Assembly: GCF_001194135.2 (NCBI RefSeq)
Contig: NC_068991.1
Span: 2,980,750 to 3,039,789, forward strand
Length of the DNA: 59,040 bases
Source: Octopus bimaculoides
Lineage: Eukaryota
Direction: 5' to 3'
Numbering within the stretch: position 1 is the stretch's first letter; each line of letters begins with the position of its first letter. Shown in pieces: positions 13,443-26,326 of the stretch. The notes under the pieces were generated by a model. It saw only the letters and a program-made list of their open reading frames with translations. It ran no database searches and was not told where the DNA came from. The translations under genes were made by a program, and so were the position numbers.

Positions 13443-14482
13443 GAGAGAGAGAGAGAGATGAGACTAGTTAAAGGATTCATCAGAATCTAGGCACATTAAC
13501 ACGTAAGATGCCAGAAATGGCTAGGTTCAATCATATAGGATTCACTTGGAGGTAAAACAACTATGAAGGTATCTTGCATTGGTAGGAGACTATAGATATG
13601 TAAGTACCAAATCCAGTTTAAATTGGATTTGGTGCTTATGTATGTAATATATATATATATATATATAAATATATTAGTATATGTGTGCAAGCCATACTGA
13701 GAAAATAACTAAGTGAATACAATTTTTTGAAATATTTCAAGAGAATCAAGCATAATTTTTGGTGCTAAATTCAAAATCATGACAACAAGTTAAGTGACAT
13801 TCCTTTTTGCAATTCTGCAGAGGCAAGATACAATCCTTATTTCACTTAGTTTTTTTTTCCAACCATGCTTGTGAATATATAGTGTTAATTTTTGTAGCTT
13901 CAGAGTGTTTTGACTCCTATTTTTAGCAAAGCAGGTGCTTAAAAAAGAGCTCTTATTATATATAATTCTTTTATATATATAAAGAATATAGTTTTAGTTT
14001 GCAGCCACTAACATTAATATCCCTCATATGTAAGGGTGTGTATACATTATATATAAAGTCCTAGGGTTGGTTTTCAAGGCAGTGCCCCAGTATGGGCACA
14101 GTCTAATGACTAAAGCAGATAGGACACAGCATGCTATGCAAGCTCATTCAATTTATTGTACTATTGAGGCATGGAACTTATAGCAACTTGTAATTAAATC
14201 CTGTGCTTATTAAATGATATCAATGTTATTCTTGAATAACTTCTGTTGATGTTTTCAATTTGAGGGGTGGGGCACCAATGCACTCCTCATCTAACAGGCA
14301 CTCTGTTGGATATGATGATGATGGTTCCAGTTGATCTGATCAATGGGACAACCTGCTCGTGAAATTAATGTGAAAGTGGCTGAGTACTCCACAGACATGC
14401 GTAACCATTAATGTAGTTCTCAGAGAGATTTGGTGCAACACAATGTGACAAGACATGAGGCCTGTATGGCTTCGTGTGTGTG

Positions 14483-14528
<46 letters not shown>

Positions 14529-14832
14529 TCACACTTGTATTGTTATAGAAAGAAATGTATACAAATGATTGAATGATGGTGTGTGTACATAGACAATCGA
14601 AGAGTAGATATTTATCTATGCATTTATGTATAGGTGTAATGAGAGATATATATTAGATATTGAATTATACACCTGTATTGATATGAATGATAATACAAAT
14701 CTACATACATTTATCAGCCTCATATGCATATATATATATATATATATATACACAGACTCACACTTATTTCTATATACACACAAGTATCTGAATAAGCATT
14801 AAGTTTTAATTATATATATATGTGTGTCTATA

Positions 14833-14993
14833 TTGTATTTTAACGTGTATAGGGAACCCCCTAATTTTGGGGGCTTAAAATTTAGAAAAAAGGTTTTGTA
14901 AGGGATTATAATACTATCCATGTCTAAGAAACTCCCACCTTTTGAACCTAATTTTTGACAGAAAAAGAGTCCCTTATACACATTAAAAGACAG
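14833..14993. mobile_element. Tc1/mariner-pogo-type MITE
   Basis: About 24-bp imperfect TIRs (ttgtattttaacgtgtataggga / tcccttatacacattaaaagacag) flanked by TA on both sides. Confidence 0.6.
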
Positions 14994-15244
14994 TATATAC
15001 ATACATATGTACATATACAAGTGTCTATGTATGGGTTTGTGAGTGTGACTATATATTTATATTTATGTATGTATTTATATACACATCCATACTGCTATAA
15101 CCATAATATATATGTATGTGTCTAACCCATGCCAGCATGGAATATGGATGTTAAATGACAATGATGATGATGACAATGTAAGTACATGTATGTGTGTGTG
15201 TATATATGTACATATATATATGTATATATGTACATATATATATG

Positions 15245-15321
<77 letters not shown>

Positions 15322-15815
15322 TTATCTATTTTCTGCTGTTATTTCTACTCAATTTGTTTCCACGAATTTTAAAACATACATACATACATATATACATACA
15401 TAAAAATAATAATAATAATAATAATCTTACTATTTATCTAATGTTGCTCATTCAGTCATGCCATCACTATTTCTTTCCCCCTCACGCTCTTTCCCTGCCC
15501 CGCTGCCCCTCCGTGAACTTTGCTCCTCTCCTCCCTTACTTAAATAACCTTGCGCTAATTGAAAAGAATTTTAAAAAAAACAAAATTTAAATTAAATAAA
15601 TTAAATAATTATAATTATGGATTAAGAGACACAAAACAAAAACAAAAAAAAAGATAAAGAAATAAAAAAACTAATTCCTCTACTTTTGTTTTGTTGTTGC
15701 TTTTTTGTATTTCTTTTTGGCTTTTTATTGATATTGTTATTTAGCACCGAGATGCCATGATCAGGCAGATGCGTTAGTGTACTTGTGTCTCAACCTCTAT
15801 ATATAAATATATATA

Positions 15816-16194
15816 GGTGCAGAAGTGGCTGTGTGGCAAGTAGCTTGCTTACCAACCACATGGTTCCGGGTTCAGTCACACTGCATGGCACCTTGGGCAA
15901 GTGACTTCTACTATAGCCTTGGGCCGACCAAACCATTGAGTGGATTTGGTAGACGGAAACTGAAAGAAGCTCGTCGTATATATATATATATTTATGTATG
16001 TATATGTTTGTCCCCAGCAACATCGCTTGAAAACCGATGCTGGTCTGTTTACGTCCCCGTCACTTAGCGGTTCGGCAAGAGAGCCCAATAGAATAGGTAC
16101 TAGGCTTACAAAGAATAAGTCCCGGGGTCGGTTTGCTTAACTAAATGCGGTGCTCCAGCATGGCCGCAGTCAAATGACTGAAACAAATAGAAGA
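15816..16194 (+). mobile_element. SINE family A (tRNA head, CORE-like ccttgggcaag segment, internal microsatellite, conserved 3' body), full length
   Basis: A-box gtggctgtgtgg, B-box ggttcagtc; near-identical copies elsewhere in the window. Confidence 0.85.
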
Positions 16195-16908
16195 ATATAT
16201 ATATATATATTTACATGTATGATGATGATGATGTATATTCATATATNNNNNNNNNNNNNNNNNNNNNNNNNNNNNNNNNNNNNNNNNNNNNNNNNNNNNN
16301 NNNNNNNNNNNNNNNNNNNNNNNNNNNNNNNNNNNNNNNNNNNNNNNNNNNNNNNNNNNNNNNNNNNNNNNNNNNNNNNNNNNNNNNNNNNNNNNNNNNN
16401 NNNNNNNNNNNNNNNNNNNNNNNNNNNNNNNNNNNNNNNNNNNNNNNNNNNNNNNNNNNNNNNNNNNNNNNNNNNNNNNNNNNNNNNNNNNNNNNNNNNN
16501 NNNNNNNNNNNNNNNNNNNNNNNNNNNNNNNNNNNNNNNNNNNNNNNNNNNNNNNNNNNNNNNNNNNNNNNNNNNNNNNNNNNNNNNNNNNNNNNNNNNN
16601 NNNNNNNNNNNNNNNNNNNNNNNNNNNNNNNNNNNNNNNNNNNNNNNNNNNNNNNNNNNNNNNNNNNNNNNNNNNNNNNNNNNNNNNNNNNNNNNNNNNN
16701 NNNNNNNNNNNNNNNNNNNNNNNNNNNNNNNNNNNNNNNNNNNNNNNNNNNNNNNNNNNNNNNNNNNNNNNNNNNNNNNNNNNNNNNNNNNNNNNNNNNN
16801 NNNNNNNNNNNNNNNNNNNNNNNNNNNNNNNNNNNNNNNNNNNNNNNNNNNNNNNNNNNNNNNNNNNNNNNNNNNNNNNNNNNNNNNNNNNNNNNNNNNN
16901 NNNNNNNC

Positions 16909-17062
16909 GTATATATATAAATATACGTATATATATAAATATACGTATATATATAAATATACGTATATATATAAATATACGTATATATATAAATATACGT
17001 ATATATATAAATATACGTATATATATAAATATACATATATATATAAATATACGTATATATAT
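16909..17062. repeat. 18-bp minisatellite (cgtatatatataaatata), about 8 copies
   Basis: Directly visible tandem units. Confidence 0.9.
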
Positions 17063-17380
17063 ATGCATATATATATATATATATTTACATGTATGATGAT
17101 GATGATGTATATTCATATATATACATGCAGATGTATATATATATATGCATATATATATATATGCATATGCATAAATATATATGCATATATATATATATGC
17201 ATATATATATATGCATATATATATATATGCATATATATATATATGCATATATGTATGTTCAGAGCTTCATTAATGATACTGCGCAATGATATGCAGACGG
17301 ACGAAACATTTGAAGAGAGAAGACATCAGAACACCTAGTGTTGTTTATATCAGAACACATAGTGTTGTTTATAAACAATA

Positions 17381-17386
17381 TTTATT
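17381..17386 (-). terminator. Candidate FCF1 polyadenylation signal AATAAA
   Basis: tttatt on plus, 45 nt past the stop codon. Confidence 0.5.
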
Positions 17387-17430
17387 AACAATAAGCATAT
17401 AAAGCTCTCTCACACCCACAACCTTGTCTT

Positions 17431-17479
17431 TCAAACCTTTGGAGCTCCATAGGCATCTGGCATTCTTTCTATTGAATAT
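17431..17479 (-). CDS. FCF1: FCF1 exon 8 (terminal)
   Basis: tttttcag|ATATT...GTTTGA; [15 protein letters not shown]. Confidence 0.95.
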
Positions 17480-18546
17480 CTGAAAAATATAGAAAGAAAA
17501 TAACAAAAAATTGCTCAGTTAATAATATTAATGACTGAAAGTATGTGCATATAAATATGTTTAGTGAAAATTAATGACTTTTGCCTGATTTCAAGCACAT
17601 TTTATTGGTGGGTGTCGGATAAGTTTGTCCATTTATTTTAATCCTTTCCAATATTATTTGAATTAATATGAAAAATATTATTATTGAAGTCATTTATGGC
17701 ATTTTCTTCTTTTTGGTATCTTGACTCTTTCTCTACGGCAGTACCGCTGTTTGATTTCTTTATCTATCGGTTTCTACTAAGATAGAGACGCGAGTAAAAT
17801 TAATAATAGAGCAATGAAAATAAAACTTTGCAAACAGCAATGCCACCATAACTAACGTGGAAACCATGAGCATGCTTTCAAGGGAGATAATAAGAGAAAG
17901 ACTTGAAAGTCAAAGTAAGATCATAATACTTCATGTAAAGTAAATATAACAAATAATTCAGAATCCGTGATCGGTACCAGACCAATCCAAAAATCTAATC
18001 AGTTTGTACCAGTCATGAGGCCAAACATCCCTGAAAGTTTCATCCGAATCTATTCAACAGTTCTTGAGATATCTTGTCCACAGACAAACAAAGAAACAAT
18101 ACCTCCATCTTCACTAAGGTGGAGGTAATAATAATAATCTTTTCTACTATAAGTGCAAGGCCCGAAATTGGTTGTCGATAACATCAACACCCGTACTCAG
18201 CTGGTACTTATTTTATTGATCCCAATTGGATGAAAGGCAAAGTCAACCTCGGTGGAATGCGAATGCAGAACGTGAAGACAGACAAAATGTTTAGTGGCAT
18301 TTCGTCTGATGTGCTAATTGTTCTGCTAGCAGGCCATCTTAATAATAATAATAATCCATTCTATTATAGGCACAAGGCCTGAAATATGGGAGGAGGGAAT
18401 TGGTTAATTACATTGACATCAGTGTTTCATTAGCATTTAATTTATCGACCCTGAAAGGATGAATGACAAAGTTGACCTCGTAGCGACAGAAGAAACACAG
18501 CTAAGCATTTTGCCCAGTGAGCTAACGATTCTGCCAGCTGGCTGCC

Positions 18547-18587
<41 letters not shown>

Positions 18588-21500
18588 TTGCAAAGCCAAT
18601 ACTCACCCTCCTTTCCGCAAGAACATTATAGGAACTCCAGGGATTTTGCGAATGCGCCGTTTTAAATCTTTATCACATGTACCAACAATGTAACATTTGT
18701 GCTGAGAATAGAGAAAGAAAAAAAAAAAGCACTTGAAAGCTATGCAACATCATTCTTCGATTCTTTCTTTATTGGTTTTCAATCCGAAGCCTCGAAGAAT
18801 ACTGAGAAACCTCATGACCAGCGTCAATTATTTTCACACCAGAAAATTGCAAAAAGGCAAAATAAATTCAGAAAATGAAATAAATTGAATATCAGGATGT
18901 TTTTCTCTAAACACTCTACAGATTTATTTCTGTGGCAGCTTTGGTGGTATTTTCACAGCCGGATGCCTTTCATAACACCAACCATCCAGTAGAGTGGACT
19001 TAGTGCTTTTTACGTGGCACAAGCACAGGCGAGGTAAGTTTTGGTAAGGTTTTTACAGCTGGATGCCCTTCCAAATGCCAACCACTTTACAATGAGGACT
19101 AGATGCTTTTCAAAATGCAGTAAAGCATCTTGCTCAGCAAGATAACAATTCAACCATCTCACCACCTTTTTAATAACAATAATAATTTCTTCTACTAAAT
19201 TATCAACCCAAAAAGGATGAAAGGTAAATGGCGTAGTGGTTAAGAGCACGGAATACTAAACCCAAGATTCTGAGTTCGATTCCAGGCAGTGACCTGAATA
19301 ATAATAATAATATTAATAATATTGAAAAATACCATAGGTCCGAAAATTTCCCCAAGACACCTGAGGAAGGCTGGAGGGTATATCAGCCAAAATGTTGTGT
19401 TAACAACAAACAAGATGAGGACAAATATCCGTCAAATGTAAATAATTCCACGTCTCTTAAATATAGAACTTGAACCTCGGTGGAATCTGAACTGAGAATG
19501 TAAAGACACACGAAATGCAGTTAAACATTTTCCCCAGCATGTTAACAATTCAGCCAGTTCACCACCTTTTTAATAATAATAATAATCACCTGAGTCACGT
19601 GTTGTACCAAGCAGTCATCAGCGTAGGTACCTTTGTGGAGACATGACAACCGTTCAATACGGGAATCTTTTAGGATTCTGAAATGGGAAAATAAGTAACA
19701 ATAATACATCAGATTCAAATTACGATGAAAGTAAACAAACAATATTTGCTTTAGAAGCGTTGAGATGTATTGAAAGATACAGAAATAATTTATTCTCAAA
19801 TTGCCCACTAACAAACAATTTTTAGGATTTATAAATCTAGCTTTATAAGACACTAAAGGTAAAATACTTGATGTGTAATCACAGGGATGTGAGTTCAAGT
19901 TACATGGCTGGCCGGTAACAAATTTTTCTGCAATATATGGATAGTTTATCCTGATCATGTTATTGTATTAGTATTATTGTGCATTTAAAAATAAATTATT
20001 TCTGTATCTATCAATATTTATATTACTGACTAGAGAAGAAACCTAAAATGTAGCAAAATACCACAAGGTCATGGAGCAATATAACCTTGCTTCGAAACAG
20101 GCATGGGTGACAGGAAAGGCATCCAGCTGTAGAAAATTTACCCCAACCAATTCTGTCCACTACCCCCCCCCCTGCAAATATAGAAAAGTGGGGTTTGATA
20201 ACCTACAATCCTTAAAAGACAAAGTTGATAAGGCTTTGGCTAACCCAGGGGTATAACAGAAGATACATGCCAAGGTGTCACACACAGAACTGAACCTGAA
20301 ATACATGATCAAGAAGCTAGCTTCTTACCACATAGCCACATCTATTTTAAAGGCCAGACAACACACAACATTAATTATTAAATGAAACAGGTAGAAAAAA
20401 GAGTAAAGGTCTTACTTTAAGGCAACTCTGTATTTGCTGCCAAGTTTTTCTAATTCTCCAAACACACAGTCTGTCACATATGGTATACCTGTAAAAAAAA
20501 GGTAAGATCTGGCGTTTATCTATGAGGTCACCTAAAACCAGCAAGACAAGTACTATCTAATTTTATACAGCAGCCAAAAAGAATAACATGGAGAAGTTAT
20601 AATCATCGTTTTGATCTTTGCTTTTCCATACTAGCATAAGCTGGCCAGAGTTCACCAAGGCAGATTTTCTGCAGCAGGATGCACTTCCTGTGGCCAACCC
20701 TCAACTACTTCCAAGCCTCTTTGGTAAGTAGGGTGGGATGAAAAAACCAAACCCAACAAAGGGCAGCGAAACCCAGGAGAGTCAATGACCATCCAATTAC
20801 GAACATTTATGAATCTGCATGAAGACTTAGAAATTTCTCATTTGGTGCATATTTAGCTTAACAGGGTGGGTTGAACAAGGTGCTTCACACTAGAACTGAA
20901 CCCTAAACCACATGGTTGCAAAGCAAATCTAAATATACAAATAACACAAAGAAAGGAAAACACTTACATTTAGCATAAAGACAATCCATGAGACCCTTGA
21001 AAAGGTCCACTTTGTTCTTGACTGAGAAATGTATGAAATTTGTGTCTAGCAGAACCCGATAGGGTGGACCCAATTGGGTGTTGTAAGTGAAAAATAATGC
21101 AGAAGAGGTCTGTGGTCTGCAAAAGAGAAAAAGATTAAGTGATTTCACACAGAGGGACAAATACATATTATCATCATTGTTTTAACATCTATTTTTTCAT
21201 GCCTGCATGGATTAGATTAGCAGAGTCCAAGAACACAACACACAGCCCAGTCCAGGAATTGAACTCAGTACCTCATGATTGTGAGCCCGATGCTCTCACC
21301 ACTGACTCAAAATACACACACACACATACTAAGGATTCTCAAGCTTTCTAACTTCATGGGACACTGGTGATCAAAAAGAAAATACCTTGATACACTTTGC
21401 ATGAAAATTTATAAAAAAAAAAAAATTATGAATTTGAAAACATCTGGAAAACCATTTCTGGCTTTGTTTCATTTTGCATTTATGAATAAAAAAAAAAAAG

Positions 21501-23364
21501 ATTATGAACAGCACAGAAAAATTACTTACGCATCTCGAACAATTATATCACTTTTGTCAATTTTCTTCTTTTTAGGTTTTTGCTGATTATGTTTTCTGTT
21601 TAAAAGAAAAAGATATACAACATATAATAAATCTCTGAGCGAGGTATAAACAGTAACTGCATGACATCATGAAGTATATTTGCCACCTGAATGTGGCTAA
21701 CCCTAAAAATACACTGGATGCCCTTCCTCATGCCAGCCACTTTACTGACTGTACTGGCTGCTTTTTACATGGCATGCATTACTGCTAATCTAGTCACATT
21801 AATCACACATCTTGTAACTTCGAGATTTCAATGGCATGTTTCTATATTTTTAGAATGACATTGTAGGATAGGTGTGAGAGTTGGGATCTGGGCAGGTAGA
21901 ATATTTCGGCCAGATTAAATTCTTCATTATTACCAAAATTAATTGAAACAAAAACAGCATACCTCAATAGAAATATCGTAACAAAAGGTCTAAGTGGACG
22001 GTGTGAATGACCACACTGTCCAGACTCTAGGCCCGAGACCCGAAATTTTTGCAGCAGCAGTGATAATAGTAATTAGAAAGATAATTACAAACACAAATTA
22101 GGCTCGGAGTACCAAAGTAATATAAGAGACACTTACATCCGAGCATCTTTCAAACTTATTATCCGTTTCATTGAAGCAAATTTCTTGTTACTTCCTGATT
22201 TTGTTTTCGCCTGAAACAACGAAACATAGAAATGTTGAAGACATGTTGTGCCAGTGGCACGTACAAAGCACCATCCAAACATGGCTGATGCCAGTACTGC
22301 CTGAAATTAGACTTTAAGACAAAAACACATACAACATTCAATTTTCAAAATAATAATAATTTCTACGTTAAGCACAAGGCTTGGAATTAAGGTGGGAGGG
22401 GTTAAGTCGATCACATCGACCCAGTGGTCAACTGGTACTTATTTCATCGACCCCGAAAGGATGAAAGACAAAGTCAGCCTCGGCGGATAATAATAATAAT
22501 AATGATGATGATGACTCCAGTATGTACACTTAGAAATACCGTTTAAGTATAAAAATATATTTAACAAGGATAGTATTGTGGAGTTACATGTAAGATCTGT
22601 TTAGTCGCTTCTACAAGAATCTTGTACTTAATACTGTTATTGGAATATACAATATCTCTCTTAATGTATATTTATAAATTGAAAAAAAAAATTAAATCTA
22701 CATATCTTCTGTTTTCCTGTTTATATTTTACTTGTGAATTTACGACCCAAATGAATCGGCGATGTTTGATTATTTTAACGAATAAACAACGTGTTGCTCG
22801 TATGAACATAGTGATAACAATTAGTACACAACATTAATTCACCAAAAACTTGTCAAGGCGATCTATCGTTTTGATTACATTTTACGTCATTTCTAATCTA
22901 CGTGCGTTTGTATATGTTTCTGAACAAGATCGTCGCTTTCCGTAAAAGGGTTTTAGGGTTAGGGACGACCGTAACCCTAAAACCCTTTTACGGAAACATT
23001 GAAGTCGATCTTCAACAATATTCGAACACAGAACAGCGAAACACTAAGATATCGAACTAAAAGGTATTACGTTAATGTATTGGCCTTAAAAATCAATTAA
23101 CGAAACCATAATTCATCGAAAAAAATCACCCTCATCTCCTAAGCGAACTCCATAAGAAACGAAACAAACAAATACATGGATACATGTAAAGGACCGTAAA
23201 CATGAGAAGAAACAGGGATATCTTATATTTTCTATTGCGAAATAATAGTAAACATAATATATCTTCCTCAAAAATAATATATTCTTCCGCAATAAGCAAG
23301 AAAACATCATAAAATAAGACATTAAAGAGAGAATTCCCAAGACATGTGCTCGCATACTCACCAT
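17431..23364 (-). CDS. FCF1: rRNA-processing protein FCF1 (UTP24, PIN-domain endonuclease), complete 8-exon gene, 198 aa
   Basis: Exons 23364-23362, 22210-22137, 21595-21530, 21116-20968, 20488-20416, 19677-19590, 18701-18607 and 17479-17431 sum to 597 nt. All introns are GT-AG with consistent phases. Translation: [198 protein letters not shown]. This is colinear with animal FCF1, and the PIN acidic residues (LDTNF, GELEK, YADD, TCD) are intact. Confidence 0.97.
17955..18130 (-). mobile_element. Second, shorter HINE-like copy in FCF1 intron 7
   Basis: Reverse complement of the 8530-8640 core (ggacaagatatctcaagaac...gaaactttcagggatgtttggcctcatgac). Confidence 0.65.
18135..18548 (-). mobile_element. 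Two tandem SINE family B copies in FCF1 intron 7
   Basis: Reverse complement of the family B consensus, with (AAT)n spacers. Confidence 0.8.
18607..18701 (-). CDS. FCF1: FCF1 exon 7
   Basis: ttctcag|CACAA...GGAGG|gtgagt; [31 protein letters not shown]. Confidence 0.96.
19229..19478 (+). mobile_element. SINE family C (tRNA head, (AAT)n, Penelope-like tail), nested in a family B copy
   Basis: tggcgtagtggttaagagc (A-box), gagttcgattcc (B-box); tail ccccaagacacctgaggaaggctgg... Confidence 0.8.
19590..19677 (-). CDS. FCF1: FCF1 exon 6
   Basis: tttcag|AATCC...CTCAG|gtgatt; [29 protein letters not shown]. Confidence 0.96.
20416..20488 (-). CDS. FCF1: FCF1 exon 5
   Basis: ttttacag|GTATA...TTAAA|gtaag; [23 protein letters not shown]. 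Confidence 0.96.
20968..21116 (-). CDS. FCF1: FCF1 exon 4
   Basis: tgcag|ACCAC...AAAT|gtaagt; [27 protein letters not shown]...MDCLYAK. Confidence 0.97.
21530..21595 (-). CDS. FCF1: FCF1 exon 3
   Basis: ttttaaacag|AAAAC...GATGC|gtaagt; [21 protein letters not shown]. Confidence 0.9.
22137..22210 (-). CDS. FCF1: FCF1 exon 2
   Basis: tttcag|GCGAAA...CGGAT|gtaagt; [24 protein letters not shown]. Confidence 0.93.
22360..22488 (-). mobile_element. SINE family B, 3' half, in FCF1 intron 1
   Basis: gcacaaggc...gtcgatcacatcgaccc...cgaaaggatgaaagacaaagtc. Confidence 0.75.
22937..22996. repeat. Perfect 25-bp palindrome containing TTAGGG motifs
   Basis: tttccgtaaaagggttttagggtta / taaccctaaaacccttttacggaaa, with a 10-nt loop. 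Confidence 0.95.
23362..23364 (-). CDS. FCF1: FCF1 coding exon 1 (ATG only)
   Basis: Minus strand reads tccaagATG|gtgagta, a strong donor directly after the start codon. Confidence 0.85.
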
Positions 23365-24497
23365 CTTGGATGTAATATTTCAGAGAAAGTCCTAAATTAA
23401 TTTCTGTCACAAAAGAGTTCCACTCTAATTAAAGCACGACACGGTTGCTTTTCTTAACCTCTCCACGCAGAAGAGTTGGAAAAGTTATGCGAAACAGGGG
23501 CAGTAATTTATATTGCCAGCCTCGAGCAGCCGATGTAATTGGCATGGTTTAATTGGTGGCAGGTGCTTGGAAGACTCGCACCTGACGTCTAGCATTTATA
23601 TCCGAAGTCGCCGCCGAATATCGCTTCCACTTTTATTAACGACGTCCATTAATTTACTGCAACGAAAATGCTGTGAAACTTCTACAAAGGTATTTCCTTT
23701 CGTCGTCTATCATTATATTTATGTTATTCTTTCATTTTTGCAGCGTGTGTGAGTGTATATATATACTTGCAATATATATGTTTTATGGCTATTCAAATAT
23801 ATTAAATGTATGTATACTTTGTATATGCATGTGTGTGTATTTTGTATGTTTGTGTGTATGTATATTTGCGCGCGCGCGAGCGCGTGTTGTACTGAACTCC
23901 CAATGTAGCGTGCATTATGAATGAATGCTTAGACGAATAATTATTGCATATGGATAAAAGAGAAAGTAGCGTGTTTGTTTATGTTTTTATGTTTAAGATT
24001 AGAAGAAATGTTGGGTGATCGATAGATGTTTTCGAGCAATAAACAATTGAATGGAGACTGTTTGTTGTATTTGACGGGCATGAAGAGGTGGGGGTGGGGG
24101 TAAGAGCGCTAACACCCACGGAATATTACATTTATTACATCCAGCTTCGTCTCTATCAGACGATCTCTGAGAAACTTGAATACATACGTTAAATGAGAAG
24201 CACTGCATAATCGCTCCCCCATCATGCAATGCACATATACAAACATTCCTGCATGTTATCTACATGCATGCATGCATATATACACACGTGTGTGCGTATG
24301 CATGCGTGCGTGTCCGTGTGTATGTTTGTGTGTGTGTCGTCTTTTCGTTTTTGTTTTAAGTGGTGAGGGTTGGCAGTTTCTCTATTGACCGTAAAAATGT
24401 GATGACGACTTACCGATGCCTGCAGTTAACTCAACATGTTATCACATATGACAGTGTGATAACGAGTAAATCAATAGCGGAGTGTAATCGTTTATTG

Positions 24498-24530
<33 letters not shown>

Positions 24531-25468
24531 TTTTTCCCAATCGTATTTTCCAAACAACCTGGCCAGTGACTATTCAACTTATATAATTGCATTTGAGGCG
24601 AAAATAAGAATATTTATGTCTACAAAAGTGTGTCATTGTTTCTTTCTTCTTTCATATGTTTAGCACGCGCTGGCCTTGAATATTCAACATGTAAGCTCAT
24701 ACGTACGTACATACATACGTGCATGCACTCTACATGTGTGTGTGTATGCAAACATATATGAATGTGTTTATGTATGTGTATATATAGATAAATAGATAGA
24801 TAGAGAGCGAAAGAGATAATTATCAGAGTATCAATACAACGTGGGTTATGAATAATAAATATGATTTATTGTCGTTCTATTCAAATGCAAGGAAAGCTCC
24901 GTCCGTCCGTCCGTGTGTGTGTGTGTGATTAAGAACGTTGCATGTTTGAATTAATTCATCTCTAAATTGTTATCGCCAGGGGTCTCCCGTTGTATTTTGC
25001 TTCTTTGCCTTCTTTTAATCCAAATAATTTATTCAGCAAATTCGTTTGATGTTTCATTCGGCTTTTGTTATTCTATTCGCTGGTTCTCTCAACCTTTTTT
25101 ATTTATTCATTTATTTTTTTTACCTCTGGACCCCTTTGATTACTGTTTTATTCTGGTGAACCCCCATAGTCATTCGATGTTTAAAAACTAGTTTTATGGA
25201 CACCTCTTTCAAAATCCCTATTTTGCTTTTCACATATTAACTCATGTAGGTTGACCTATGTAAAATGTCAGAGAAAGAAACCCAACGAACATTCTTTTTT
25301 CACGGGCACCTAAACTACAACTGTGGATCCTAAATTTACTATTTCGCTTGCGTGGCCCCCTTACATGAACCCCCCCCCCCCNNNNNNNNNNNNNNNNNNN
25401 NNNNNNNNNNNNNNNNNNNNNNNNNNNNNNNNNNNNNNNNNNNNNGAAACACTATTCTACACTTTATT

Positions 25469-25505
<37 letters not shown>

Positions 25506-25969
25506 TTAGAGAAACCATGAAAGCTCGACCTGCCATGTCTGTCAAATCCGAAAATATGCTCCAGTCATAAAAGGGCCATCGCCAAACTTACACATTTCGG
25601 TTGGGTTTAGTTAACCATTGAGCGTTGCCTCGTGAACGATACAAATGCATGTGCTTTCATTTCTTGAGGTAGGCGGGTTGAAATACTTGGATGAGGTTGC
25701 ACGCTTTTCCGAGTTGGCGGCCTGCACTTGTCTCGTTCCTTGATTCATGTGGCATGTCTGTGGACGGAGTGATATATTTGTACTTCTCAAGTGTCATTTA
25801 CTACACGATCGCAATTCGCTCGTACGCGATTACAATCATTACCTGGACGCGGTGGTGGGGGTAGGGAATGCGAAAGTTCGTTCCTGTTCTGGTAATTCTT
25901 GTGCATCTGGAGTTCACCTCAGCTTCACTCCGTTAGGGCAGGATGTAGTTTTTATGTTTTCGTTAACTT

Positions 25970-26326
25970 ACCTCAGTCATTTGACTGCGGCCATGATGGA
26001 GCACCATCCTGAAGAGTTTTTACTCGAATGAATCGACCCGAATACTTGTTTACTTATTAAAGCCTGGTACTAATTCTATCAGTTTCTTTTGCTGAATCAC
26101 TAGTTACGGGAACGTAAACATACCAACACGGGTTGTCAAGCGGTGATGGGAGACAAACACACACACAAATATCACGACTCCTTTCATTTTCTGTCTACAA
26201 GGCTTTGGTCAGCCCAAGGTTATAGCAGAAAACACTTGCCCAAGGTGCTACGCAGACGCAATGGGATTGAACCCGGAACCATGTGATTTGGAAGCAAACT
26301 CCCTACCACAGAGCCACGCCTGCGCC
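25970..26326 (-). mobile_element. SINE family A
   Basis: Reverse complement of 15816-16194. Confidence 0.8.

Noticed and set aside
12620-13480. 260-345 aa ORFs spanning N-runs (also about 16150-17250, 26540-26760 and 50140-50880)
   Set aside because: Artefacts of assembly gaps (X residues).
15816-15890. tRNA genes at SINE heads (also 19229, 27613, 30030, 31412 and 50986)
   Set aside because: A/B boxes are present, but there is no complete cloverleaf and each continues into a SINE body.
17480-23361. Intronic snoRNAs in FCF1
   Set aside because: No convincing C/D box pair with a terminal stem was found by eye; an Infernal scan would be needed to exclude H/ACA types.
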